The notes under the pieces: model-generated
Database searches by the model: none
Seen by the model: only the letters and a program-made list of their open reading frames with translations
Told to the model about the DNA's origin: nothing
Shown here: positions 52,526 through 64,000 of the stretch, one piece after another
Layout of the letters: each line of letters starts with the position of its first letter
How positions within the stretch are numbered: the first letter of the stretch is position 1
NCBI GenBank assembly: GCA_038087875.1
Contig: CM075990.1
Location: 2,296,001-2,360,000, forward strand
DNA: 64,000 nucleotides
DNA from: Malacoraja senta
Taxonomy: Eukaryota
Direction of reading: 5' to 3'
Translations under genes and position numbers: made by a program

Positions 52526-53119
52526 GTGTTGTAATCAATCAGTCGATGTAGGTTGATGTTTATTATTGTCCCGTGCACCGAGGTACAGTGAAAAGCTTTG
52601 TGTTTGCACACTACCCACTCAAATCAGATCATACTATACATAAATACAATACAAGCCAAACTCCAGTACAATAGGTAGAGCAAAGGGAAAGATACAGAGT
52701 GCAGAATACATTTCTCAGCATTGTAGCGCATCAGTTCCACAGACAAAGTCCAATGTCCACAATGGGGTAGAGGTGAATGGGACAGTACCCTGTCTTACGG
52801 AAGGACCGTTCAGAAGCCTGATAACTGAGGGGAAGAAGCTGTTCCTGAGTCTGGCGGTGCGCGCTTTCAAGCTTCTGTATCTTCTGCTGGACGGGAGCGG
52901 GGAAAAGAAGGAATGACCGGGGTGGGACAAGGACACGTCTTTGATTAAGTTGGCTGCTTTCCCGCGGCAGTGTGCAGTGTAGATGGAGTCAATAGTGGGG
53001 GAGTGTGGTGTGTGTGATGGACTGGGCTACATCTACAACTCTGTAATTTCTAGTGGTCTTCAGCAGAGCTGCTACCAATCCAAGCTGGAACGTAACCAGC
53101 CACTCTTACTGAAGACTAA

Positions 53120-53478
53120 AGGGCCTGTCCCACTGTACGAGATCATTCAAGAGTTCTCCCGAGTTTTCCCCTGATTCAAACTCGGAGAATGTCCGTAACG
53201 GGTCCGTCGGAGTTCGTGGATGTCCCGTAGCGGCTCGTAATGATAACGGTAGGTACTCGGGAAATCCGGTAAACTCGTGACGTTTTTTCAACACTGAAAA
53301 ATGTCCACGAGTAAAAAAATATTTGTGATGAAAAAAAATGGTTACTTTTTACTCGTACGAGCCGCCACGAGACATCCACGAACTCCCACGGGCCCGCTGC
53401 GGACATTCTCCGAGTTCGAATCAGGGGAAAACTCGGGAGAATTACTCTTGAATGACCTCGTACAGTAGGACAGGCCCT
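53120..53478. mobile_element. Harbinger-type MITE (copy at about 63346-63704)
   Basis: AGGGCCTGTCCCACTGTACGAG..CTCGTACAGTAGGACAGGCCCT with long inverted arms. Confidence 0.8.
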
Positions 53479-54379
53479 TACCAAGCCTGCAAACAATTAA
53501 TATGTAGAAATAAGGAACTGCTGATGCCAATTTACAACAAAAAAAAGACACAAAGTGCTGGAGTAACTCAGCGGGTCAGGGCCAGCATTCCTGGAGAACA
53601 AGGATAGGTGACGTTTCAGGTCGGGGCCCTTCTTCAGACTCTGAAAGCAGTAGGAATCACAGAAGGGAAGCAGAGAGAGGGGGTGCTGCCGAACTCTTGT
53701 CGGAGAGAGCGGAGGAGACCTTCAAAGTGGGCATTCCTTGAGGAGATCTCACAATGGAGCAGTCAACATGTTGAAACATGGAACATGCAGATGATGGTTT
53801 ACAACAAGAAAAAGATACAAAGTGCTGGAGTAACAGCAGGCCAGGCAGCACCACTGGAGAACAATGGTTTAACATGTGAATGATAGACGCACAGTGCTGG
53901 AGTAACTCAGCGGGTCAGGCAGCATTCCTGGAGAACAAGGATGGGTGACGTTTCAGGTCGGGACCCTTCATCAGTTACCAGGTCCCAAAACATTACATGT
54001 CCATGTCCTCCAGAGATGCTGCCTGACCCGCTGAGTTACTCCAGCACTCTGTGTCTATAAACCAGCATCTGCAGTTGTTTCCCACTACAACATGCAAACA
54101 TAGATGATGGCTCAACTTGCTTAAACTGGAGTGGAGGAACCTTGCCTCACTGGACCTGCTATTTAATAATAAATAAAGTCTTATTAGATTTTGATCATTT
54201 TGGTGACACTTCATACTGTGCATGTCTTGTTTTTAATAATAAATAGATTTTCCTGTGTACGTTTATCACATATCATGTACATGTAGTTTAGTTTAGTTTA
54301 GAGATACAGCGCAGAAACAGGCCCTTCGGCCCACCGAGTCCGTGCCGACCAGCGATCCCCGCACACTAACACTATCCTA

Positions 54380-54579
54380 NNNNNNNNNNNNNNNNNNNNN
54401 NNNNNNNNNNNNNNNNNNNNNNNNNNNNNNNNNNNNNNNNNNNNNNNNNNNNNNNNNNNNNNNNNNNNNNNNNNNNNNNNNNNNNNNNNNNNNNNNNNNN
54501 NNNNNNNNNNNNNNNNNNNNNNNNNNNNNNNNNNNNNNNNNNNNNNNNNNNNNNNNNNNNNNNNNNNNNNNNNNNNNNN
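54380..54579. other. assembly gap (200 N)
   Basis: Run of N. Confidence 1.
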
Positions 54580-57500
54580 CTCTCTCGACCCCCCCATCCA
54601 TACCACACCCATGTTCAATGATGTCCCATGTCTGGAAAGAGCAGCCCCCGTTCTCCCCCCCAACCCCCCCGAGAGAGGGATGGTGGGTGGGTGAGGGGAT
54701 GGGGGGGGGGGGGGGGGGGTGTAGAGAGTGGCAGCCCAGTGCCCTGGTGCGGTGAGGTGGTTAGTGAGCCTGTTGCAGTGAGAGTGTCTTGTCATGGTGT
54801 CCCGACAGGGTGAGACCGGGCAAGAGAGTCCTAACAAAGCCCTTGTGCCGTCACCTCCCAGTGAGGGGGCAACACGGTGGTGCAGCGGTAGAGTTGCTGC
54901 CTCACAGCGCCAGAGACCCGGGTTCCATCCTGACCACGGATGCTGGCTGAATTTGTACGTACACCCCGGGACCTGCGTGGGTTTTCCCCAGGTGCTCCGG
55001 TTTCCTCCCACACTCTAAAGACGTGCAGGTTTGCAGGTCAATTGTCTTTGGTCACATTACAAATTATCCCCAGTGTGTGTAGGATAGCACCAGTGTGTGG
55101 GGATCGCTGGTCGGCAAGGACTCGATGGGCTGAAGGGCCTGTTTCCGCGCTGTATCTCTAACATATAAAGTATTGGATATATTCATTCACGGAAGTTGGA
55201 AATCTAGAAATGGTGCTATGTTGAACCCTTGGTCTGTAGAAGCAGAGAGTTGGTGGAGATTTAAGCGCCTGTCGCACTTACCCGACCTTTACAGGCGACC
55301 GCCGGCACCCGTGAGAGGTCGCTGAAATTTTCAACATGTTGAAAATTCAGCGGCGATCAGAAAGATGCTACGACTCTTTGGAGACCTCTCACGACCATGG
55401 GAGACCTCTCACAACCATAGGAGACCTCTCACGACCATAGGAGACCTCTCACGGCCATACAGGCTGTCCGGTTGTGAGAGGTCTCCTATGGTCGTGAGAG
55501 GTCTCCTATGGTTGTGAGAGGTCTCCAAAGAGTCGTAGCGTCTTTCTGGTCACCGCTGAATTTTCAACATGTTGAAAATGTTGGCGACCTATCACGGTCG
55601 CCTGTGAAGGTTGCGTAAGTGGGACAGGCCCTTCAGACATTTTTTAGAAAGTTTAGAGATAAAACTTGCCGCCCCAAACTAAATTGGTAAGAACGGGTGA
55701 TGGATGGTTGGCATGGACTCGGTGGGCCGAAGGGCCTGCTTCCGCGCTGCATCTCTAAACTGTAGGTTCCCCAGACGGTCCATGTCCCCGGGCAGTGGAG
55801 GAAATGTACCATTAAAGCTGGCGAGACATCAACAACTGTGAGCTGAGGACACAGCTTTGTCAGCCAATTTCTCAATGGTTGCTACTAAACAGGAAACGAT
55901 CGCAAATGCAACATGCAATAAAAGGCAGGGTGGCGCAGCGGTAGAGTTGCTGCCTTACTGCGCCAGTTACACGGGTTCGATCCTGACCACGGATGCTATC
56001 TGTACGGAGTTTGTACATTCTCCCCGTGACCTGGGTGCTGCGGTTTTCTCCGGGTGCTGCGGTTTCCTCCCACATCCCAAAGACGCAAAAATAATGTAGG
56101 TTAATTGGCTTGGTAAAATTGTAAATTGTCCCAAGTGCGTGGAGAATAGTGCTAGTGTGTGGGGATCGCTGGTCAGCGCAGACTCGGTGGGCTGAAGGGC
56201 CTGTTTCCGCTCTGTATCTCTAAACAAAACTGAACTAAACTGAAAGACTTGGTTTAGTTTGGAGATACAGGATGGGAGTTGAACTGAACTGAACACAAGG
56301 TGACGCTTCAGGTCAATCCTCTCTGTCGCTAGCCCCAGCATTAATTAGACCCCCAACTCCTGCAAACTGGTAACAAAACAGTCCATTTCCTGGAAATCAC
56401 ACTGCCCCACCCATTTCTCCCATTTTCCCCTCCTCTGGGCCCCTCCGCCTATATTCCTTCCTCCGGCTTCACAATTCGCACCCTTCTATCCTTACCTCAC
56501 ACTTTTTGTCTCTTCATCTCTTGCCTATGTTCCAACCATCCCTTCCCCCCCTCACCTGTGTCCACCTATTACCTGCCACGCCTTGTCCTGCCCCTCCCCT
56601 CTCCAGCTTTCTTTTTCTCATCCCCCCCCCCACCCAAACATTAAGTCTGAAGAAAGGTCCTGACCCGAAACGTCACCTATCCATGTTCTTTAGACTTTAG
56701 AGATACAGCGCGGAAACAGGCCCTTCAGCCCAGGAGTGCGAGCCAACCAGCGATCACCCCGTACACTACCACTATCTTACACTCTAAACTCAAACAAAAG
56801 CTTGTCACTGTACCTCAGTACACGCGACTATAAACTCAACTCAAACACTCGCGACTATTTACCTTTTAAGCTACAAACCTGTCCGTCTTTGGATTGTGGG
56901 AGGAAACCAGAGCACCCGGAGAAAACACACGCGGGGTCACAGGGAGAACGTACAAACTCCGTACAGACAGCACCCGTAGTCAGGATCGAACCCGGGTCTC
57001 TGGTGCTGTAAAGGGCCTGTTCCACTTAGGAGATCTAAACAGCAACCTCTGGTGACCTTGCCCGCCACCCAAACGAAAATCAAGGTCGAGGTGACCTGCA
57101 ACCTCCTACCACCTCCCACGCATATGTTGAAAACCTTCCTCGACTATGAAGAAAAGCTGCTTCGACCAGACCTGCGACTAAAAAATGATCGATTTTTAAA
57201 ACGGCAACCTATTTTTAGTCGAGGCCGGTTTGAAACATGATGAAAAAATAGCAGCAACCTAGATGAAGCCTCGACCACGTGGAAACCACTTTCGACCATT
57301 AGGGAGAGTGACCAAAACCTCCGGTGACCTCATGGAAACCTTGGGTGGTGGGCAACGTCACCAGAGGGTGCTGTTTAGGTCTCCTAAGTGGGACAGGAAC
57401 TTAAGGCAGCAACTCTACCGCTGCGCCACCGTGCCCGACCCGCAGAGTTACTCCAGCACTTTGCGTGCTCACTTGGTGGTCTGCATTTCTCCGACAGGGC

Positions 57501-57870
57501 TGTCTTCTAGACCACGGTCTTACGTCCGAGCAGTGGCTCCTGGCATGGGTCCTGAAAGCTGGCCGCGGGATTTTCACCCCCTTGGGTCCATTGTGTAGGA
57601 AGGAACTGCAGATGCTGGTTTAAACCGAGGATAGACACAAAAAGCTGGAGTAACTCAGCGGGACAGGCAGCCTCTCTGGAGAGAAGGAATGGGTGACGGT
57701 TCGGGTTGAGACCGTCTGAAGAAGGGCTTCGACCCAAAATGTCACCCATTCCTTCTCTCCAGGGAGGCTGCCTGTCCCGCTAGGTTCCTCCAGCTTGATG
57801 TGTCTACCCTTGGGTGGATTGTTCCTTGTGTTGACTTGCTCTCTTCATTTCCTCCTTTGCTCTTTATCAG

Positions 57871-57936
57871 CCTCCAAAAAAGATCTGGGATTATGCACCG
57901 GGCGAGTGCTCCATCCTTACTTTAGAGGATGGGAAG
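57871..57936 (+). CDS. SORBS1: duplicate of the PPKKIWDY exon (66 nt, in frame)
   Basis: Same sequence as 48882-48948 but with an A6 run that keeps the frame. Lies inside the duplicated block. Confidence 0.75.
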
Positions 57937-60567
57937 GTAACTTGTGTAGCTGTATCTCTGATGTGCTGTGTGGCCATGCCTTGTCCAAGAGCATTAACCC
58001 TTCAGACGCTGCAACCCATCAGCTTCTGAAAGACGGAGCCACGAGACCCAGGCTGGGGTGAAGTTCTATCTTTCAGAGGCTGGTTTGTCAGGCTTCCATG
58101 TTTTGCATCTCCGACTCTGAGCATTTGTACTTCTGTTTGGTTCCTTTCTTTTTAACATTTGCATTTGGCATTGACTCCCTGCTTCCAAGACCATCGCAGA
58201 TTGATTCACCGTATGTTGTTGCCGTGTGCTTGTTGTGGTGCATGGGGCAATTGTGTATAAGTGGTCCCTGCTGTGAAGGTTTGAACGTGGGGCGGTACGG
58301 TGGCGTAGTGGTAGTGCTGTGGCCTTACAGCGCCAGAGACCCGGGTTCGATCCTGACTCTGTACGCCCCACGTACAGTTCTCCCCGTGACCTGTGTGGGT
58401 TTTCTCCGAGTTCTTCGGTTTCCTCCCACACTCCAAAGACGTACAGATTTGTAGGTTAATTGGCCTGGTGTAAATGTAAATTGTCCCGCGTGTGTGTAGG
58501 GTGGTGTTAATGTGCGGGGATCGCTGGCCAGTGCGGACTCGGTGGGCCGAAGGGCCTGTTTCCGCACTGTATCTCTAAACTAAATTGCCTTAGCTCAGCC
58601 ACATTTAAGAGAGGATTCCGTTCCTTGTAACATCGACACAGAGTCTTACAGTGTGGAAACAGGCCCTTCGGCCCAACTTATCAATGCCGACCAACATACA
58701 CTAGTCCCACCTGCCCGCGCTTGGCCTACATCCCTCTAAACCTGTCCAAACATTAGACCTGTCCAAATGTCTTTTAAATGTTCTACCACCTTCCTCAACT
58801 ACCCTCTCTGGCAGTTCGTTCCATATACCCACCACGCCCTGTTTGAAAGAATGTCCCAGATAGATACAAAATGCTGGAGTAACTCAGCGGGTCAGGCAGC
58901 ATCTCTGGAGAGAAGGAATGGGTGACGTTTTGGGTCGAGACCCTTCTTCAGACTTCTCTCCAGAGATGCTGCCTGTTACTCCAGCATTTTGTGTCTACCT
59001 TCAATTTAAACCAGCATCTGCAGTTCTTTCCTACACGGAAATACTTTCCCCTAAGGTGCCTTTTAAATCTTGCCTCTCTCACCTTAAACCTAGTTCTTGA
59101 TTCACCTACCCTTGGTAAAAGACCCTGTGATTGCATCCTATCTATTGAGGAAACCTCCCAGCACAGCAGTAGAGTTGCTGCCTAAAGGCTCTGTCTTAAA
59201 GGCCTGTCTCACGAGTCTGCGGTCATTGGCGGCGAAACGGGAAGAGTCTACCGTTCCTGGGCCGCCATAGACCGCGCACTCGTGAGAACGCACAATTCCG
59301 GGGCCGTGCGGCGTTGTTCCCAACACCGCACGGTGCTAAAATAAAGCCAACACTGTTCAAAAATATGTCCCTACCGCACAGCCTCCGCCAGTGAGGCACG
59401 AGTGCAGCACGGCCGCCGCCACAGCCTCCACCAGTGTGGCTCGAGCGCCGTGCGTCGAACTTGCACCGCCACAGCCTCCGCCAGTGAGGCACGTGTGCGG
59501 CACGGCCGCCGGCACAGCCACCGCTACAGCGCCGCGATCAGGACGGCCGCCGCCACAGCCGCCGCTTGTGAGTCACGTGCGGCGGGCCGATGTCATCGCA
59601 GTCGGCCCGCCCTTTTTTTTTACTTACCGCAAGCACGTGGGACCAGCCGTATTTAAATCACTCGGCCCCCGCGCAGCATCCGTGCGGCGCTCCCGTGGCA
59701 TACTGTGCCAGAGACCCGTGTCCAATCTTGCCTGCAGATGCTGTCTGTACAGAGTTTGCATGTTCTCCCTGTGACTCCTGAGTTTCCTCCCACACTCCAA
59801 AGACGTGCGGGTTTGTAGGTCAATTGGCTTCTGTAAATTATCCCTAGTGTCTAGGATAGAACTAGTGTGAATGGGTGATCGCTGGTCGGCATAGTCTTGG
59901 TGGGCCGAAGGGCCTGTTCCCAACGCTGTATCTCTAAACTTAACTAAAGACCTATGCGGGGAAAGGTGGGCTTGTGAGTTAGGTGCGGGCAGTTGGAACG
60001 TGAGATGTTTGGCTCATTGTAGAAACCAGGAGGAATAGACCTCTCAACTCCCAGAGAAACATCCACATTGAGTCCATACCAGTCTGCGGTGAAGTGTGGG
60101 CAGACCACGGACAAGTCTATGGTCCCTCACTGGGAGGGGAGGGAATGGGTCAAGTGATGAGCGATCTGTACAGGGAAACCCTCAGACCATGTATATTGAG
60201 GGCTGGGGCACGAGTTGCACTTCATCTCCCCATCCATCCCACCAGCCTCAACGTGATATTTCCATAATCAATACATGGGTTACATGGGTGAGTGGGAATG
60301 TCTCCATCAGGGAGTTTTGGTTCCCACTAGCTCATTGAAACGTTTAATTATAAAAGAATCAAGTTGCGTTGCCTGTTGCGTGTGGGTTTGACGGGAGCTT
60401 CTCAACGTTGATGTTGGGTTTGGTCCCTCAGCGCTGTGACCCTTGGATTGTGGTGTAACTCTTGAGTTCTTCTCTCAACTGCCCTGCCCTGGTCTACGTG
60501 GCTTCTTTAACATGCTGGGCCCCGTTGGCTTCATTTGCTCAAACTGAACTTCCCATTTCTCTTCTTC

Positions 60568-60604
<37 letters not shown>

Positions 60605-60628
60605 CCTCCCCCTCCTTTTTTCAATCAG

Positions 60629-60735
60629 GATCAGCTAGAGAAAGACCTGTCCCTCTACCAGGCTGAGCTAAACACAGACTTAGAAAACCTGGAGAAGCAT
60701 TCATTTTAGAAGCGAGGGACCCTCGTTCATGGAAG
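60629..60735 (+). CDS. SORBS1: duplicate of the DQLEKDLSL exon, frameshifted as assembled
   Basis: Matches 51659-51760 apart from an extra CATT and an extra G. Donor reads gttact. Confidence 0.6.
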
Positions 60736-61812
60736 GTTACTCTTCACTTTCTCACGTGTTGATCCGTTCGTTGCAGCGTTCATTAACCTTGACGCTTGCC
60801 GGGAATAAAAATAACCTGAGCAATCAAGCAGATGACACGAGGAGATGCTAGAATCTTGCATTGAACACCATGCAATAGACATTAGACAATCGGTGCAGGA
60901 GTAGGCCATGCGGCCCTTCGAGCCAGCACCGCAAGCTGGAGTAAGCATGGTGGTAGAGTTGCTGGAACGCCAGAGACCCGGGTCGATCCCAACTTTGGGT
61001 GCTGTCTGTATGGAGTTTGCACGTTTCTCCCGTGACCACATGAATTAATCTCTGGATGCTCCGGTTTTACACCGCACCCCAAAGATGCACAGGTTTATAG
61101 GTTAATTGGCAGTAAAATTGTAAATTGTGTGTAGATAGTGCTAGTGTGCGGGGATCGCTGGTCGGTGGGCTGGAGGACCTGTTTCCACTTTGTATCTCTA
61201 AACTAAACTAAACTCAGCAGGTCAGGCAGCATCTCTGATGGACATGGATAGAGGATGATTTGGTTTGGGCCCTTCTTCTGACGTCTTCCGAGCCTGAAGA
61301 AATGTCCCGACCTGAAACGTCATGTTCTCCACAGATGCTGCCTGACCCGCTGAGTTACTCCAGCACTCTGTGAAACGTCACCTATCCATGTTCTCCACAG
61401 ATGCTGCCTGACCGCTGAGTTACTCCAGCACTCTGTGAAACGTCACCTATCCATGTTCTCCACAGATGCTGCCTGACCCGCTGAGTTACTCCAGCACGCT
61501 GTGAAACGTCACCTATCCATGTTCTCCACAGATGGCTGCCTGACCCGCTGAGTTACTCCAGCACTCTGTGAAACGTCACCTATCCATGTTCCGGCAGCAT
61601 CTGTGGAGCGAAGGAAATAGACAACGTTTCGGCCCGAAACCCGGAAGGGTTTCGGCCCGAAACGTTGCCTATTTCCTTCCGGGTTTCGGCCCGAAAGGTT
61701 GCCCATTTCCTTCGCTCCACAGATGCTGCCTGACCCGCTGAGTTACTCCAGCGCTCTGTGAAACGTCACCTATCCATGTTCTCCGCAGATGCTGCCTGAC
61801 CCGCTGAGTTAC

Positions 61813-62625
61813 AATACAATACAATACCATTTATTGTCATTTGAACCTCAAATGAAGTTCAAACGAAATTGGTTTCTGCAGTCATACAAACAAGTAAAAA
61901 GAACCAAGACACAACACAATTTACACAAACATCCATCACAGCGAATCTCCTCCTCGCTGTGATGGAAGGCAAAGTCTTATCTCTCCCCTGTACTCCCCAT
62001 TCTCCTCCCGATGTCAGAGTCAGAGCCCCCGCGGGCGATGGAAAATAAGTCCCGCGGTCATTAAAGCCACGCCGGGCGATCCAAGGCCGCCCTCCGGGTC
62101 TTGATGTTGGAGCCCCCGGTAGCGCTAGCAAGTCCCACCGCCCTTAAAGCCGCGCCGGGTGATGTTAGACCCAGCTCCAGGTCATCTTCAACCCCGCAAC
62201 TCGGGCGGGAGAAGTTGCCGTTGCGGGAGCGCCGAAAAGCGGTCTCCCACCAGGGACCCGCGAGCTCCCGATGTTACCGTCCACCAGGCCTGCGGCTGTA
62301 GCCTCCGAATCTCCGGGGTCGGGTCACAGCCGCGCGTCACCGCAGCTCCTCCACGCTCCGAACTCGGCCAGCTCCACGATGGTGAGTAGTCCGCAGGCTC
62401 CGCGACTGGAGCCCCAGGTCGTTCCGGTTGGAGGCCTCTCCACGGTGCTGGGCCGCAACGACAACGGAGACCCGACAGAGAAAGGTCGGGTCCTCCATAC
62501 AGGGAAGAGATTTTTTAAAGTTTCCCCCTCCCCCCCGCCCCCCACATATACACAGTTAAAAACAATATAAAAAACCACAAACAACTACATTTAACTAGAC
62601 AAAAATTAAAAAAAAGACAGACTCC
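61813..62625 (-). mobile_element. ~0.8 kb non-coding retroposon found only in copy 2 of the duplicated block
   Basis: (CAATA)n tail at the left end, LINE-like 3' terminus, GC-rich body, flanked by AGTTAC. Absent from 52338-52525. Confidence 0.7.
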
Positions 62626-64000
62626 AGTTACTCCAGCACTCTGTGAAACGTCACCTATCCATGTTCTCCACAGATGCTGCCTGAACCGCTGAGTTACTCC
62701 AGCACTGTGTGTTGTAATCAATCAGTCGATGTAGGTTGATGTTTATTATTGTCCCGTGCACCGAGGTACAGTGAAAAGCTTTGTGTTTGCACACTACCCA
62801 CTCAAATCAGATCATACTATACATAAATACAATACAAGCCAAACTCCAGTACAATAGGTAGAGCAAAGGGGAAGATACAGAGTGCAGAATACATTTCTCA
62901 GCATTGTAGCGCATCAGTTCCACAGACAAAGTCCAATGTCCACAATGGGTAGAGGTGAATGGGACAGTACCCTGTCTTACGGAAGGACCGTTCAGAAGCC
63001 TGATAACTGAGGGGAAGAAGCTGTTCCTGAGTCTGGCGGTGCGCGCTTTCAAGCTTCTGTATCTTCTGCTGGACGGGAGCGGGGAAAAGAAGGAATGACC
63101 GGGGTGGGACAAGGACACGTCTTTGATTAAGTTGGCTGCTTTCCCGCGGCAGTGTGCAGTGTAGATGGAGTCAATAGTGGGGAGTGTGGTGTGTGTGATG
63201 GACTGGGCCACATCTACAATGGTGGGGAGTGTGGTGTGTGTGATGGACTGGGCTACATCTACAACTCTGTAATTTCTAGTGGTCTTCAGCAGAGCTGCTA
63301 CCAATCCAAGCTGGAACGTAACCAGCCACTCTTACTGAAGACTAAAGGGCCTGTCCCACTGTACGAGATCATTCAAGAGTTCTCCCGAGTTTTCCCCTGA
63401 TTCAAACTCGGAGAATGTCCGTAACGGGTCCGTCGGAGTTCGTGGATGTCCCGTAGCGGCTCGTAATGATAACGGTAGGTACTCGGGAAATCCGGTAAAC
63501 TCGTGACGTTTTTTCAACACTGAAAAATGTCCACGAGTAAAAAAATATTTGTGATGAAAAAAAATGGTTACTTTTTACTCGTACGAGCCGCCACGAGACA
63601 TCCACGAACTCCCACGGGCCCGCTGCGGACATTCTCCGAGTTCGAATCAGGGGAAAACTCGGGAGAATTGCTCTTGAATTACCTCGTACAGTAGGACAGG
63701 CCCTTACCAAGCCTGCAAACAATTAATATGTAGAAATAAGGAACTGCTGATGCCAATTTACAAAAAAAAAAAGACACAAAGTGCTGGAGTAACTCAGCGG
63801 GTCAGGCAGCATTCCTGGAGAACAAGGATAGGTGACGTTTCAGGTCGGGGCCCTTCTTCAGACTCTGAAAGCAGTAGGAATCACAGAAGGGAAGCAGAGA
63901 GAGGGGGTGCTGCCGAACTCTTGTCGGAGAGAGCGGAGGAGACCTTCAAAGTGGGCATTCCTTGAGGAGATCTCACAATGGAGCAGTCAACATGTTGAAA

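Larger units (their letters stand above)
54580..64000 (+). repeat. near-identical second copy of 45593-53776
   Basis: Direct sequence match. ORFs repeat at an offset of about 8988, which rises to about 10225 after 62.6 kb. Confidence 0.97.

Overview
Eukaryotic, repeat-rich genomic DNA. The SINE/LINE repertoire (V-SINE/HE1-like SINEs, CR1, L2, Penelope-derived elements) suggests a cartilaginous fish, probably a skate or ray (inference). The window holds the N-terminal/middle coding exons of one + strand gene, SORBS1 (CAP/ponsin). It runs from the SSLAAKGFRSVRPNL exon through the SoHo-domain exon (ERPKDWYKAMFKQIHK) to DQLEKDLSLYQAELNTDLE. Neither the start codon nor the SH3 exons are in the window. 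Exons were placed from AG/GT sites, phase continuity and recalled similarity to human SORBS1, with no alignment run. The introns are packed with retroelements and Harbinger/hAT MITEs. Positions 45593-53776 recur almost identically at 54580-64000 across a 200-N gap, most likely an uncollapsed second haplotype. Main observations: (1) a third YxPxYxF exon; (2) a 483-nt in-phase cassette exon and two smaller candidate exons; (3) many Penelope-derived fold-back elements carrying minimal hammerhead-ribozyme motifs; (4) a retroelement insertion present in only one copy of the duplicated block; (5) single-base indels that break several exons, probably consensus errors. I found no convincing wholly new biological system. 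Most ORFs in the supplied track are repeat or low-complexity artefacts.
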